Part shown: piece after piece, positions 9,469 to 18,638 of the stretch
How the letters are laid out: each line of letters begins with the position of its first letter
How positions within the stretch are numbered: the first letter of the stretch is position 1
Origin: Terriglobia bacterium
GTDB taxonomy: Bacteria; Acidobacteriota; Terriglobia; 20CM-2-55-15
DNA length: 64,000 nt
NCBI GenBank assembly: GCA_965218585.1
Contig: CBDCLE010000012.1
Location: 128,001 to 192,000 of the forward strand
Reading direction: 5' to 3'
Position numbers and translations under genes: made by a program
The notes under the pieces: generated by a model
What the model was told of the DNA's origin: nothing
Databases searched by the model: none
The model's input: the letters and a program-made list of their open reading frames with translations, nothing else

Positions 9469-9762
9469 ATGATAAACACGTCAATATCCAGACTGAAGTC
9501 AATGCTGAGTGAATACCTGGCCAAGGTCAAAGCCGGCGACGAGGTGGTGGTCACTGAGCGGGGTCGACCGATCGCCAAGATCGTACCGATTCGCCAGGAC
9601 AATTCTACGATCTCACCCCACCTTGAGCATCTCGCTCGCTCCGGCCAGATCCAACTCGGATCTGGAAAACTTTCCAAGGAATTCTGGAAACTGACCCGAC
9701 CCGATGACAAGACCGGGGCTGGACTGAAATCCCTGCTCGATGACCGAGCCGTAGGACGGTGA
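9469..9762 (+). CDS. Phd/YefM-family antitoxin
   Basis: SISRLKSMLSEYLAKVKAGDEVVVTERGRPIAKIVP pattern. Confidence 0.9.
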   Translation: MINTSISRLKSMLSEYLAKVKAGDEVVVTERGRPIAKIVPIRQDNSTISPHLEHLARSGQIQLGSGKLSKEFWKLTRPDDKTGAGLKSLLDDRAVGR

Positions 9763-10244
9763 AATTCTGGGATGCATCGTCTATCGTGCCACTCTGCCTA
9801 GAAGAACCCAACGGCCACGATTGGAGGGCTGCTTCCGACATGACGAAGCCATGATCGTATGGTGGGGCAGCCGGATCGAATGCCACTCCTCGTTTGCCCA
9901 TCTTCGTCGCGAAAACCTCCTCTCGAGGATCGAGGAAACTCAGGCTCGAGAAGTCCTGATACAACTCGAAGACGTCTGGACCGAAGTCTTACCTGGTAAT
10001 GAAGTTCGCGAAAAAAGCAAGCCGAGCACTTTCGATCCATCCCCTGAGGGCGGCCGATTCCCTCCAACTCGCCGCTGCACTGATCTGGGCTGACAAAAAT
10101 CCAACCGGTTTTGAGTTTGTCTGCCTCGACGACCGCCTTCGCGACGCGGCAGACCATGAAGGTTTTTCAGTCCTACCCCTTCCCAACCAAGATTCGTACA
10201 AGAGCCGAAAATCTCATGCACACCCAGATCGGTGCTCAAATTAG
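9759..10244 (+). pseudogene. vapC: VapC PIN toxin, doubly frameshifted
   Basis: GTG start overlapping the antitoxin stop gives MKFWDASSIVPL. Later frames give SRIECHSSFAHL and LRAADSLQLAAA...FVCLDDRL. Confidence 0.8.
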
Positions 10245-10346
10245 AGAGAAGACTAATCAGAACAAGATTCCCCCGCCAGCCTGCGCATTCCGCTGAACGT
10301 GATCACTGGTTCCGGTATCCTACCTAACAACCTCGAAGTTCACGCC

Positions 10347-11711
10347 GAGGTCATTACAAAAGGTGTGTAAAAGTCATCAGGCGGCGGCCTTCGATTTCAT
10401 CACGACTCTGATGCCGTCAGCGAATTGCTGACCATCATAGACCTCTTGTAAGAGTTCGGATCCTTTTAAGTGTCGCCAAGCCTTCTCAGCGACACGTAGT
10501 AGCTTCCAGATTATTGCCGTTGCATTCTCGACACGCTTGAATCGGCGAGCGGCGTTGGTGCGGAGGCGAACCATGTCGAAGGGCGATTCGACGATGTTGG
10601 TTGTTCTCAGATGCACCCAGTGTTGTTTCGGGAACTCATAGAAAGTAATCATCCGGTCCCAGTCCCGCAACAGCGTCTCACCCGCTTTGGGATAGTTCTT
10701 CTCATATCGGCGGACGAACTGATCCCGCTTTCGTTCGCAGGCCGCGCGGGAGTTCGCGAAGGCCATCCCATGAAGCAGCTGTCTGGCCGCGGGCTGCTCG
10801 GTCTTCGGCAGATGATCGACCACGTTGATCGACTTGTGGTTCCAGCAGCGTTGTTCCTGGCCCTGGGGCTGTTGCTCGGCCAGCGCGGACCAGATGCCCA
10901 GGTGACCGTCCGCGACAGTCAGCCGTCCCAGCTTCAGGCCCCGTCTCTGGAGATTGCGCAGAATGCGGCTCCAGGACTCCTTGCTTTCCCGCTGCCCGCT
11001 CTCACAGGCCAACACCACTTTGCGCCCGTCTGACAAGGCTCCGATGATCACCAGCAATGCCGCTCGCTCTTTCGCGATCCCCGCTTTCACGTACAAGCCG
11101 TCTGCCCACTGGTACACGACCTCGAGGCCGGACAGGTCCTGCTGGACCCACTCGTCATACTCCAACTGCCAGGTCGATTTCAGTCGTTGGATCGATGCTC
11201 GCGACAACGGAGCGCCAGCGCCAAGCAGTCCGCGCATGGCCTGCTCGAAGTCCCCTGTGGCCAGACCGTGGAGGTAGAGATCGGGAAGTAGCTCGCCCAG
11301 CTGTTTCGATTTCCGTCGAAAATACGGCAGGATCTGACTCTCGAACCGCTCGGCGGTGTTTCGAACCCGAGGTCGTCGAACCTCCATCGTACCGTTCATC
11401 ATTGCGAAGCGTCGCGGCTTCCCGTGACCGTTCCGGTATCCTCGTCGATTCGGACTCCGCTCCGACTTTTCCCGACCCAGAAATTGAGTGACTTCGTCCT
11501 CGAGCAGCTCCTGTAGCCAGACTTGGACCCGGGATCGCGCCCAGTCCTCCAAACCTTCATACGCGTTCGTTGACGCCACTGATGCCGGTATGTTCTTCTT
11601 CTTCATGGGTGGTGTACCTTTCTCCCGATTGCTGCCGGGATTGCTTACGGTTTCGAATTCACCGAAAGCGTACACCGCCTTCTCTTTTTACACACCGATT
11701 GGAACGACCTC
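10347..11711 (-). mobile_element. IS256-family insertion sequence, copy 3, 8-bp target duplication TTCACGCC
   Basis: Same terminal repeats. TTCACGCC at 10339-10346 and 11712-11719. Confidence 0.97.
10377..11606 (-). CDS. IS256-family transposase
   Basis: Near-identical to the other copies. Confidence 0.95.
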   Translation of the reverse strand: MKKKNIPASVASTNAYEGLEDWARSRVQVWLQELLEDEVTQFLGREKSERSPNRRGYRNGHGKPRRFAMMNGTMEVRRPRVRNTAERFESQILPYFRRKSKQLGELLPDLYLHGLATGDFEQAMRGLLGAGAPLSRASIQRLKSTWQLEYDEWVQQDLSGLEVVYQWADGLYVKAGIAKERAALLVIIGALSDGRKVVLACESGQRESKESWSRILRNLQRRGLKLGRLTVADGHLGIWSALAEQQPQGQEQRCWNHKSINVVDHLPKTEQPAARQLLHGMAFANSRAACERKRDQFVRRYEKNYPKAGETLLRDWDRMITFYEFPKQHWVHLRTTNIVESPFDMVRLRTNAARRFKRVENATAIIWKLLRVAEKAWRHLKGSELLQEVYDGQQFADGIRVVMKSKAAA

Positions 11712-11805
11712 TTCACGCCGATCGTCAGAGCCAACAACGAACAAAAAACACGCCCCCCGACTGAAGACAGTGACTCATTACTATGAGTAAATTATGCTCT
11801 CTTGT

Positions 11806-12048
11806 ATGAGTAAACGCTTGCAGGCCCTGTTAGAAGAATCGGAATTGCTGGAAATTCAGCGCTTAGCCAAGAGTAAGAAGATGACGGTCGCCGAATGGGT
11901 CCGTCAAGTGCTGCGGGCGGCACGCCAGGGCGAGTCTGTGATTGAACCCGATGACAAGGTTCGAGCCACTAGACTGGCGGTTCAACACGACTTTCCGATC
12001 GATCGGATGTTGGAAGAGGTAGAGCGCGGATACGGTGCGGACGTGTAA
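11806..12048 (+). CDS. Putative antitoxin (ribbon-helix-helix-like)
   Basis: MSKRLQALLEE...MTVAEWVRQVLR, directly upstream of a vapC remnant. Palindrome ACTCAT-TACT-ATGAGT lies upstream. Confidence 0.7.
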   Translation: MSKRLQALLEESELLEIQRLAKSKKMTVAEWVRQVLRAARQGESVIEPDDKVRATRLAVQHDFPIDRMLEEVERGYGADV

Positions 12049-12050
12049 AC

Positions 12051-12336
12051 GTGATCTTTATCGACTCCAATATCCCGATGTATCTCATCGGGGCCAGCCA
12101 TCCACGCAAAGCCGTCGCGATGTGATCCGGCCCGCCTTCGACTGGCTTCTCGCTGTAACGGACCAAGTTTTTCTCGTTGATCTCTCGGACGCACGAAAGT
12201 CGTACTTAAAAAGCGCAGGCTTTCGGCTCGCGAAGCCTTTCACATGGAGGTAACGGAGCGATACGGCGTCCTGCGCATCTTGAGTTTCGATAGCGGATTC
12301 GATGGAGTGCGCGGAATTGCCCGAGTTCATGACTGA
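12051..12336 (+). pseudogene. vapC: VapC PIN toxin, internally deleted and frameshifted
   Basis: Starts MIFIDSNIPMYLIGASHP and ends ILSFDSGFDGVRGIARV in another frame. The central part is missing. Confidence 0.75.
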
Positions 12337-12339
12337 TTC

Positions 12340-12479
12340 CATCATATTGACCCGGGAGCTCGCGATCTCAGACAAATCGTGTTCTGGGAATTAGCCAAAC
12401 TGATCGAATTGAAACGGTTAGGTCTCGATCTTGGCAGTACTGAGTTCCTACGACTGCGTCGACACTTGACGGTCTATCC
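12340..12479 (+). pseudogene. Second fragment of the same VapC subfamily as 9073-9348, cut by IS1595
   Basis: IVFWELAKLIELKRLGLDL...RRHLTVYP parallels IVFWELAKLIQLDRLRLDL...RRHLTVFP. Confidence 0.65.
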
Positions 12480-12521
12480 GGTTATTATATACTTTACACA
12501 GAAATAATGCCGATGCTACAA

Positions 12522-12698
12522 TCATTTCATGGTTGCAGTATCCGTATTTTTATCAGCACTTTCCGGTTGCTCAATCAGCTTATCCAGCTCACGTTTCACG
12601 CGCTTTCCGAAGATTTTCTCAACGATCTCCACGTCGGTCTTCTCGGTGAGATTCTTCGGGAGTCTTCGCTTTCGCTTTCTCTTGGAGTTTTGAGTCAT
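12522..12698 (-). CDS. Small basic protein, head-to-head with the IS1595 transposase
   Basis: 58-aa ORF MTQNSKRKRKRR...; its ATG overlaps the transposase ATG within a shared CATG. Confidence 0.45.
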   Translation of the reverse strand: MTQNSKRKRKRRLPKNLTEKTDVEIVEKIFGKRVKRELDKLIEQPESADKNTDTATMK

Positions 12699-13598
12699 GC
12701 CTGACACCGCCTCGTTGAATCTTGTACGTTTGATTGATCGCTTTCCGAACGAAGAAAAATGCAGGGAGTTTCTTGAAAACCTGCGGTGGCCGAACAGCGT
12801 TGGCTGTCCTCGCTGTGGCGACACATCGCTTTGTGAGATCGCAAGTCGCGACCAATGGGATTGTCTCTCATGCCGCTACCAGTTCAGCGTGACGGCGGGA
12901 ACGATCATGCACGATTCCCACCTGCCGCTGAGGAAGTGGTTTCTGGCGATTTATCTCATTCTCGAAGGCAAGAAGGGGATTTCGGCCAACCAGTTGAAGC
13001 GCACCATCGGTGTCTCCTACAAGACAGCCTGGTATCTCTGTCACCGCATCCGCTCCGCGATGGGACATAGCGAACCGGACGGCCCGACGCTGTTTGGGGT
13101 GGTCGAGGTCGATGAAACCCTGGTCGGCGGCAAGGCCAAAGGCAAGGGGAGCGGCTACAGAGGCAACAAGACTTGGGTGGCCGGCGCGATCCAGCGGGGC
13201 GGGAAGGTCCGCCTGGAGCGGGTTCCAAACATCCGGCGTCACACACTCCATGCTTTCATCCGGCGCAACATCAAGGATGAGGCCGCAGCGATCTATACCG
13301 ACGAACTGAAGTCTTACCTCGGGATCGAGGATCACGACACGCGCATGAGACCGTCAACCACTCCGCTGAGGAATGGGTTGTCGGCGATGTCCACACCAAC
13401 AGCATTGAGGGCGTGTGGAGCCTGTTCAAGCGGTCTATCGTCGGATCGTTCCATAAGATCAGTGCGAAACATCTGGACCGTTATCTTGAGGAACTGGAAT
13501 GGCGCTTCAACAACCGCGACAACCCTTACATCTTCCGGGATGCCTTGCGTTTGATCGTCAACGCGGACATGCTCCCCTACAAGGATCTGGTGGCCTAG
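12697..13598 (+). pseudogene. IS1595-family transposase, frameshifted near 13345
   Basis: Zinc ribbon CPRCG...CLSC, VEVDET and IYTDE motifs, then HETVNH...VHTNSIEGVW and YLEELEWRFN in the next frame. Confidence 0.9.
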
Positions 13599-13828
13599 TC
13601 CAGGTTTCTTTCGAGTTCTTCTTGTCCGTTCCATGTGAGATTGAGAATCTTCAGATTCTTCCCCGATTTCTGGATTTCCAGATAACCCGCTTGGTGACAA
13701 AGATCAATATGGTAAAGAACCTCTATCCGGCTGTATTCCTCATAGCGCGGCGCCGGTAGGGGCTTGCCAGTGGCATTCTCCTCTGCGTAACGCAGAATCA
13801 TGAGAATCAATTTCTTATGGCGTTTCAA
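13595..13828 (-). CDS. DUF2513-like winged-helix protein
   Basis: MKRxxxLIxxILxxxE...YHIDLCHQAGYL...LTWNGQEEL pattern. Confidence 0.7.
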   Translation of the reverse strand: MKRHKKLILMILRYAEENATGKPLPAPRYEEYSRIEVLYHIDLCHQAGYLEIQKSGKNLKILNLTWNGQEELERNLD

Positions 13829-13832
13829 TAGA

Positions 13833-15746
13833 TCACTCCCTCTTTACTTGACACAAACTTCCTTCCTGCCATAGCCTTCTTATTGCCAAAACACGTTGCG
13901 TGTACGCCCATCGTCGGGCTGCTCGCTGAATACAACACCCTTCGGGGAAATAGGTGGGGCTCCGCACTACAACGCGCGGCGTGTTTTGGCAAACTGGCCC
14001 GGCGTGATCAGCGACAATCAAAACTCCCGGCCGTATTGCCTCATTTAAAAATGTTACCGAACTGAGGGTTGTTGCCTCATCGAAAATGTTACCGAACGAC
14101 CGGTCAAACGGGAGAGTTCTTCCCGCCGTCGAGGCTGTGGGGCGACCGCCTTTTCCACAGCCCCCGTCGCCCGCAGATGCTGAAGCCGGGCGGACCCGAT
14201 CCAGTTCGAGCCACTCGCCATCGAAAGTCTCCAGAATCTGACGCCGCCATTCGCGCACGCGCCGCTGCAGGGTCCGTAACTGACCGTTGGGGTAACGTCC
14301 CGGGCGCCGCTGCTGAAGCTCAAGCAACAGCGACTTTGATGTTCGCCCGGGATCGGATTCAAGCCATGACCGCATCTCCTCCCAGACGCCGTCGAACGGG
14401 TCCGGGCGAGTACGCCAGATGTGGGGCACAGGTTGTTTCCGTGTTTTGCGATACCGACGCGTGATTCGTTGCTCGAAGCCGGGATCGGGGAGTTCCGCCT
14501 CAATCGGGGCTCGGTCTGCATCTGCGTCGCAGTTCGGGGACACAAGGGCGGCGCGCACGATGTCGTCCGTTAGCGTGGGAGAGGCCAGTTCCTTCGCATG
14601 TCTCCAGAATGCATCCTGGAGTTTCTCAAGCTGTCGTAGGAGATCGACCGGATCCGAACGTTCATAAATCGCAGCAAGGCGAACGCGAACCTCCGGGTCG
14701 AGCGCATCCGAATTCGAGAGCCGTTGATAGGGTGTTTGCGCGATATCGTAGCGTTTCGTCACCCGGGATCCATCGCGAGTCTTCGTCGTGAGCTTCATGG
14801 ACGGCTGGAAGAAGTTCACGTAGAGCCGGACCACTCGGTAGAGCTCGGCAAGCTGCCTGTATGCCAGTGAGCCTTCGTAGCGGTCGTAGCCGACCAATTG
14901 GCGGACGATCGAGCCGTTCTTCTGTTCGACGAAGCACTGGTCGTTCTTCCGGCGCGCCCGGCCTCGGGTGAATTGAATCGTTTCACGCTCGCAGTAGGCG
15001 AGGAGTCCGTAGTTCATGAACTCGGAACCGTTATCCGTGTCCAGGCCGACAAGCTGAAACGGAAGGATCTGCCGTGCCGTCGTGAGCGCCTGCAGAATGT
15101 CCGCCTCCGTACGCCGTAGCAACGCCAGACATTCGGTCCAGCCGGTCGCCACGTCGGTCAGTACCAGGGTGTGGAGGAAAGGGCCTTCCGAGTTCCCGCC
15201 GCAGTGTGCAACCAAGTCCGCTTCCATGAATCCCGGCCGCGTGTCCGCCCAGTCGGCGAATGTGCGAATCGGAACGCGGTGTTTGAGTAACTGTCCGGAC
15301 TTGGTGGTGGTCTTGCCGTGCGGTCGATGATCGAATCGGAATTGACGGAAGATCCGATCAGCCGTGGCGGCGCTCAGCTCAAGCAGATCCGCCCGCGTTT
15401 TATCAGACAATGACAGATGCCCGTGACGCTCCATGGTCGGGATCAGCTCCGGCAGAAACGGAACGAGCCGTTTGCCACAGACATCATTGACTGTGCGCCA
15501 GGCCGCGATCAGGGCGGCCTGCACCGCGGGGCCGTATCGACGGACCCGGCCGCGCGGTTGCCGTCGGGGCCGTTCGCCCCTCAGAATGTCGTTCAGAAGC
15601 CGTGTCGCGTGCTTCCGATGGAACCCGGTCGATTCAAGGAACTCATCCAGGATTCGCTTCTTCTCCGGTCGCGCCGCATTCTTGTAGCGAACCGCCGTTC
15701 GTAGAGCTAATTCTCGCCTTGCCGCAACAGTCATGTGTGTCCTCAC
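13833..15746 (-). CDS. rve/DDE transposase; C-terminus altered by a 37-bp deletion causing read-through past the element end
   Basis: EADLVAHCG, LTDVATGWTE, LDTDNGSEF and NDQCFVEQKN motifs. Comparison with copy B shows the deletion. Confidence 0.85.
   Translation of the reverse strand: MRTHMTVAARRELALRTAVRYKNAARPEKKRILDEFLESTGFHRKHATRLLNDILRGERPRRQPRGRVRRYGPAVQAALIAAWRTVNDVCGKRLVPFLPELIPTMERHGHLSLSDKTRADLLELSAATADRIFRQFRFDHRPHGKTTTKSGQLLKHRVPIRTFADWADTRPGFMEADLVAHCGGNSEGPFLHTLVLTDVATGWTECLALLRRTEADILQALTTARQILPFQLVGLDTDNGSEFMNYGLLAYCERETIQFTRGRARRKNDQCFVEQKNGSIVRQLVGYDRYEGSLAYRQLAELYRVVRLYVNFFQPSMKLTTKTRDGSRVTKRYDIAQTPYQRLSNSDALDPEVRVRLAAIYERSDPVDLLRQLEKLQDAFWRHAKELASPTLTDDIVRAALVSPNCDADADRAPIEAELPDPGFEQRITRRYRKTRKQPVPHIWRTRPDPFDGVWEEMRSWLESDPGRTSKSLLLELQQRRPGRYPNGQLRTLQRRVREWRRQILETFDGEWLELDRVRPASASAGDGGCGKGGRPTASTAGRTLPFDRSFGNIFDEATTLSSVTFLNEAIRPGVLIVADHAGPVCQNTPRVVVRSPTYFPEGCCIQRAARRWAYTQRVLAIRRLWQEGSLCQVKRE
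13848..13877 (+). promoter_or_regulatory. Putative sigma70 promoter
   Basis: TTGACA-N18-TAGCCT immediately upstream of the long hairpin. Confidence 0.45.
13883..13992 (+). ncRNA. Candidate structured RNA, about 110 nt
   Basis: 21-bp closing stem, fully paired on the + strand with three G-U wobbles, plus an internal CCCUUCGGGG hairpin. Confidence 0.45.
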
Positions 15747-15860
15747 TTCCCACCTCCGTTCTCATAGAGTTGGGTAACATTTCTAATGAGGCAACAACCC
15801 TCAGTTCGGTAACATTTTCAATGAGTCAATGCGAGAAGGAATTCTGATTGACGTTGGACA
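14005..15860 (-). mobile_element. IS21-like/ISNCY DDE element, copy A
   Basis: TG...CA ends (TGATCAGCGACAATCAAAACTCC / TGTCCAACGTCAATCAGAATTCC), each followed by two ~30-bp subterminal repeats containing AAATGTTACC. An inverted near-identical copy lies at 38964-40829. Confidence 0.9.
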
Positions 15861-16921
15861 GGCCAGTTCTGATTACGGGTCACGCCGGATTTAAAGGAAC
15901 CTGGCTGGCTCTGTGGTTGAATAATCTCGGTGCCAAGGTTACAGGTTACTCCTTAGAATCCCCCACGACTCCCAGTATGTCCGTCATCGTCGAATTGGAG
16001 TCGGTGGTGAACTCGGTCGCCGGAGACATATGCGACCAAGATCTGCTTCACAAGACTTTCGCGAGTGCCAAGCCCGAAATCGTTTTTCATCTCGCTGCCC
16101 AGTCGCTAGTTCGAGCTTCTTACGTCGACCCGGTCGAGACGTACCGAACGAACGTTCTAGGGACTGCAAGTCTGCTCGACGCCGTCCGTGCAACTGGTTG
16201 TGCGAAAGCAGTCGTCGTGGTTACCAGCGACAAGTGCTATGAAAACCATGAACGGACTCGCGGCTACCGGGAGAACGATCGATTAGGCGGCGCCGATCCC
16301 TACAGCAGCAGCAAGGCATGTGCCGAACTAGTAGCGGCCGCCTACACTGCGTCGTACTTTCCTGCGGCACTCTACAACGATCATGGTACCGCCGTTGCCA
16401 CCGTCAGAGCGGGCAACGTCATTGGAGGTGGCGACTGGGCCGCGGACCGACTTGTTCCTGATCTTGTTCGTTCGATCGAAGCCGGGAGTGCTGCAAAGCT
16501 TCGGAATCCATCAGCGGTAAGACCCTGGCAGCATGTGTTAGAACCTCTCTCTGGGTACTTGTGTCTGGCCAGAAATCTGGTTGAGTCTGGTCCCGGATTT
16601 GGGGAAGCTTGGAATTTCGGGCCCGTCGAGACCGAGGCTCGATCTGTTGCATGGGTAACCGATGGCTTCCTCAGCCTGTGGAATGGAGGAGGTGTTTGGA
16701 GCGATGATGACTCGGAGAATCCTCACGAAACACATTACCTGAATATAGATTCATCGAAGGCTCTCGAACGCCTCAGATGGCAACCTCGCTGGAATACTCG
16801 CAAGGCTTTAACCGAATGCGTGGGTTGGTACAAGGCCTACTTCTCGGGTGGGGATATGCATGAGTTCACTCTCGCTCAAATCTCGCAGTATTTGGCCGAC
16901 TTCGACGAGTCAATCGGATAA
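15848..16921 (+). CDS. rfbG: CDP-glucose 4,6-dehydratase; native first codons displaced to 40830-40863
   Basis: VLITGHAGFKG, HLAAQSLV, TSDKCYEN, YSSSK, RAGNVIGGGDW and RPWQHVLEPL motifs. Confidence 0.93.
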   Translation: MTLDRPVLITGHAGFKGTWLALWLNNLGAKVTGYSLESPTTPSMSVIVELESVVNSVAGDICDQDLLHKTFASAKPEIVFHLAAQSLVRASYVDPVETYRTNVLGTASLLDAVRATGCAKAVVVVTSDKCYENHERTRGYRENDRLGGADPYSSSKACAELVAAAYTASYFPAALYNDHGTAVATVRAGNVIGGGDWAADRLVPDLVRSIEAGSAAKLRNPSAVRPWQHVLEPLSGYLCLARNLVESGPGFGEAWNFGPVETEARSVAWVTDGFLSLWNGGGVWSDDDSENPHETHYLNIDSSKALERLRWQPRWNTRKALTECVGWYKAYFSGGDMHEFTLAQISQYLADFDESIG

Positions 16922-16923
16922 GA

Positions 16924-17335
16924 ATGGGTTCACAAGGCAAAACCTCTTCCGAGAAAGACTTGCGGCAACAGATCCTTGAACTGGTCGCGAATTACGCGAA
17001 TGTTGCGAACACTCCGGAAGACTTTGTTCCGGGAAAGACTCCTATTCCTGCATCGGGAAAAGTCCTGGCGGCCGAAGAAGTCGTCAATCTCGTCGATGCC
17101 TCTCTCGATTCATGGCTAACGAGTGGGCGCTACAACCACCTGTTTGAAAAAAAGCTCGGTGATTTTCTCGGCGTGAAACACGTGCTGACGACCAATTCCG
17201 GATCGTCGGCTAACCTGCTGGCAGTCGCCGCGCTTTCATCACACCGACTTGGAAGCCGGGCCCTAAAGCCGGGCGATGAAGTTATCACTGTGGCTGCAGG
17301 GTTTCCAACTACTGTCAATCCGCTTCTGCTTTATC
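16924..17335 (+). pseudogene. rfbH: CDP-4-keto-6-deoxyglucose 3-dehydratase, 3'-truncated after about 137 codons
   Basis: IPASGKV, DSWLTSGR, NSGSSANL, LKPGDEVITVAAGFPTTVNP. The ORF then runs into the antisense of rlmD. Confidence 0.88.
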
Positions 17336-17352
17336 TAGAGAGCCGGCATTTC

Positions 17353-18549
17353 TCAACCCTCTGCAGGTTTTTGAGGAAGGCTGGGTTTGTGTCGCTGTTC
17401 TCGCTCGAACTCTGCGATCGTTTCGATGTGTGGTGTGTTCGGAAATTGATCGACGAATTTCAGCGACCTCAGTCGGTAACTTTGATTCAGAAGAAGCCTT
17501 GCTTCGGAAGCAAAAGTGGTCGGGTTACAGGAGACATAAACGATTTTCTTGGGTCCCAGCGCGATGATCTTTTGAATTATGCTTTTGCCGGCTCCGGTTC
17601 GGGGAGGGTCGATAACCACGGTGTCGGCCTTGACACGCGTTTTCACTAGGAAGGCCCAGGCCGAAGCCTTCACGAATTCGACGTCTGCGATCTCGTTCCT
17701 TCTCGCGTTCCACTCAGCGTTAGATACCGAACGCCGGTCGATGCCGATAACTCGGGATGCGCCCCGAGCCATGAGAACGGAAAAGAAACCACTGCCACAG
17801 AACAGGTCCAGTACTACGTCACTGCCTTCAGCAGCACGAACAACTTCAGCGGCCATCGCCTCCAGTAGGAATCGATTGGGTTGAAAGAAACTGTCCGGTC
17901 GCAGGCGATACTCGATCCCCAGTACGCGTGTCCGGGGCAGACGGTCCGTCCATGAAGCCCGGTTGCGGCCGCTGAGGAATGTAGCCGCAACCTCCCCGGT
18001 CTCGGGCGCGACAATAGCCCGGACAGTTTCCGTTTTAGTTAGTTCCGGTTTTTGAAGTGCGGCGTTTGCTTCTCCGATGAACTCATTGAGAGCGGGCATC
18101 AGGGCGGCACAATCCGCGATGGGCACAACGTCATGGGTTCTCTCCCGGACGAATCCCAAGAGGTGACCTTCGACATGAAAGTTGGCGCGCATCCGGTACC
18201 CACGGTCCGGTCCGGTGATTCGCTCGATCGGCTGGGTCCAGTCAATACGCCCGAGACGAGTCAGACTTTCCCGAACGATCGATTCCTTGATTTCCAGCTG
18301 GGTTTCGTAATCGATGTAATCCCAGCCGCAGCATCCCACCGTTTCGAAGTTTGGACATGCGGGAGAGGTGCGGTGAGATGATCCCTCGATCACTTCGAGC
18401 AGGCGGGCCTTGGCGTAGTCTTTCTTCCTATCGACGATTTCGACTTCGACGATTTCCTCAGGGAGTACCTTGTCAACAAAGACGACTCCTTCTTCAGTCC
18501 GGGCGATTCCTGCTCCCCCGTACACCAGTTTTTCAATCTTGATCCGCAT
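17353..18549 (-). CDS. rlmD: 23S rRNA m5U methyltransferase (TrmA/RlmD family)
   Basis: TRAM domain, SFFQPN, LDLFCGSG, IDPPRTG, YVSCNPTT and DQFPNTPHIE motifs. Confidence 0.9.
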   Translation of the reverse strand: MRIKIEKLVYGGAGIARTEEGVVFVDKVLPEEIVEVEIVDRKKDYAKARLLEVIEGSSHRTSPACPNFETVGCCGWDYIDYETQLEIKESIVRESLTRLGRIDWTQPIERITGPDRGYRMRANFHVEGHLLGFVRERTHDVVPIADCAALMPALNEFIGEANAALQKPELTKTETVRAIVAPETGEVAATFLSGRNRASWTDRLPRTRVLGIEYRLRPDSFFQPNRFLLEAMAAEVVRAAEGSDVVLDLFCGSGFFSVLMARGASRVIGIDRRSVSNAEWNARRNEIADVEFVKASAWAFLVKTRVKADTVVIDPPRTGAGKSIIQKIIALGPKKIVYVSCNPTTFASEARLLLNQSYRLRSLKFVDQFPNTPHIETIAEFEREQRHKPSLPQKPAEG

Positions 18550-18560
18550 CGATTTTCTTT

Positions 18561-18626
18561 AACGCTGAGACGCGGAGGGCGCAGAGGCCGCTCGCCAGAA
18601 TAGATATAACTCTGCGTCTCTGCGTT
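18561..18626. repeat. CGCAGAG-unit palindromic element
   Basis: AACGCTGAGACGCGGAGGGCGCAGAG, 23-bp spacer, CTCTGCGTCTCTGCGTT. Confidence 0.85.
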
Positions 18627-18638
18627 GGATCAGATTCT

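Larger units (their letters stand above)
12480..14004 (+). mobile_element. IS1595-family element remnant with passenger genes; right end not found
   Basis: GGTTATTATATACTTTACAC at 12480-12499 resembles an IS1595 terminus and interrupts the vapC fragment. A transposase follows. The right boundary given here is arbitrary (the next IS). Confidence 0.6.

Noticed and set aside
4957-11711. IS256 copies 2 and 3 as a composite transposon carrying HlyD, Uma2 and TA genes
   Set aside because: Each copy has its own 8-bp target duplication, so they are independent insertions.
13833-14104. Extra C-terminal domain on the 637-aa transposase
   Set aside because: It is read-through caused by a 37-bp deletion relative to copy B and runs across the element end.
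17336-17649. C-terminal part of the 241-aa ORF as a novel RfbH fusion domain
   Set aside because: It is the antisense frame of rlmD.
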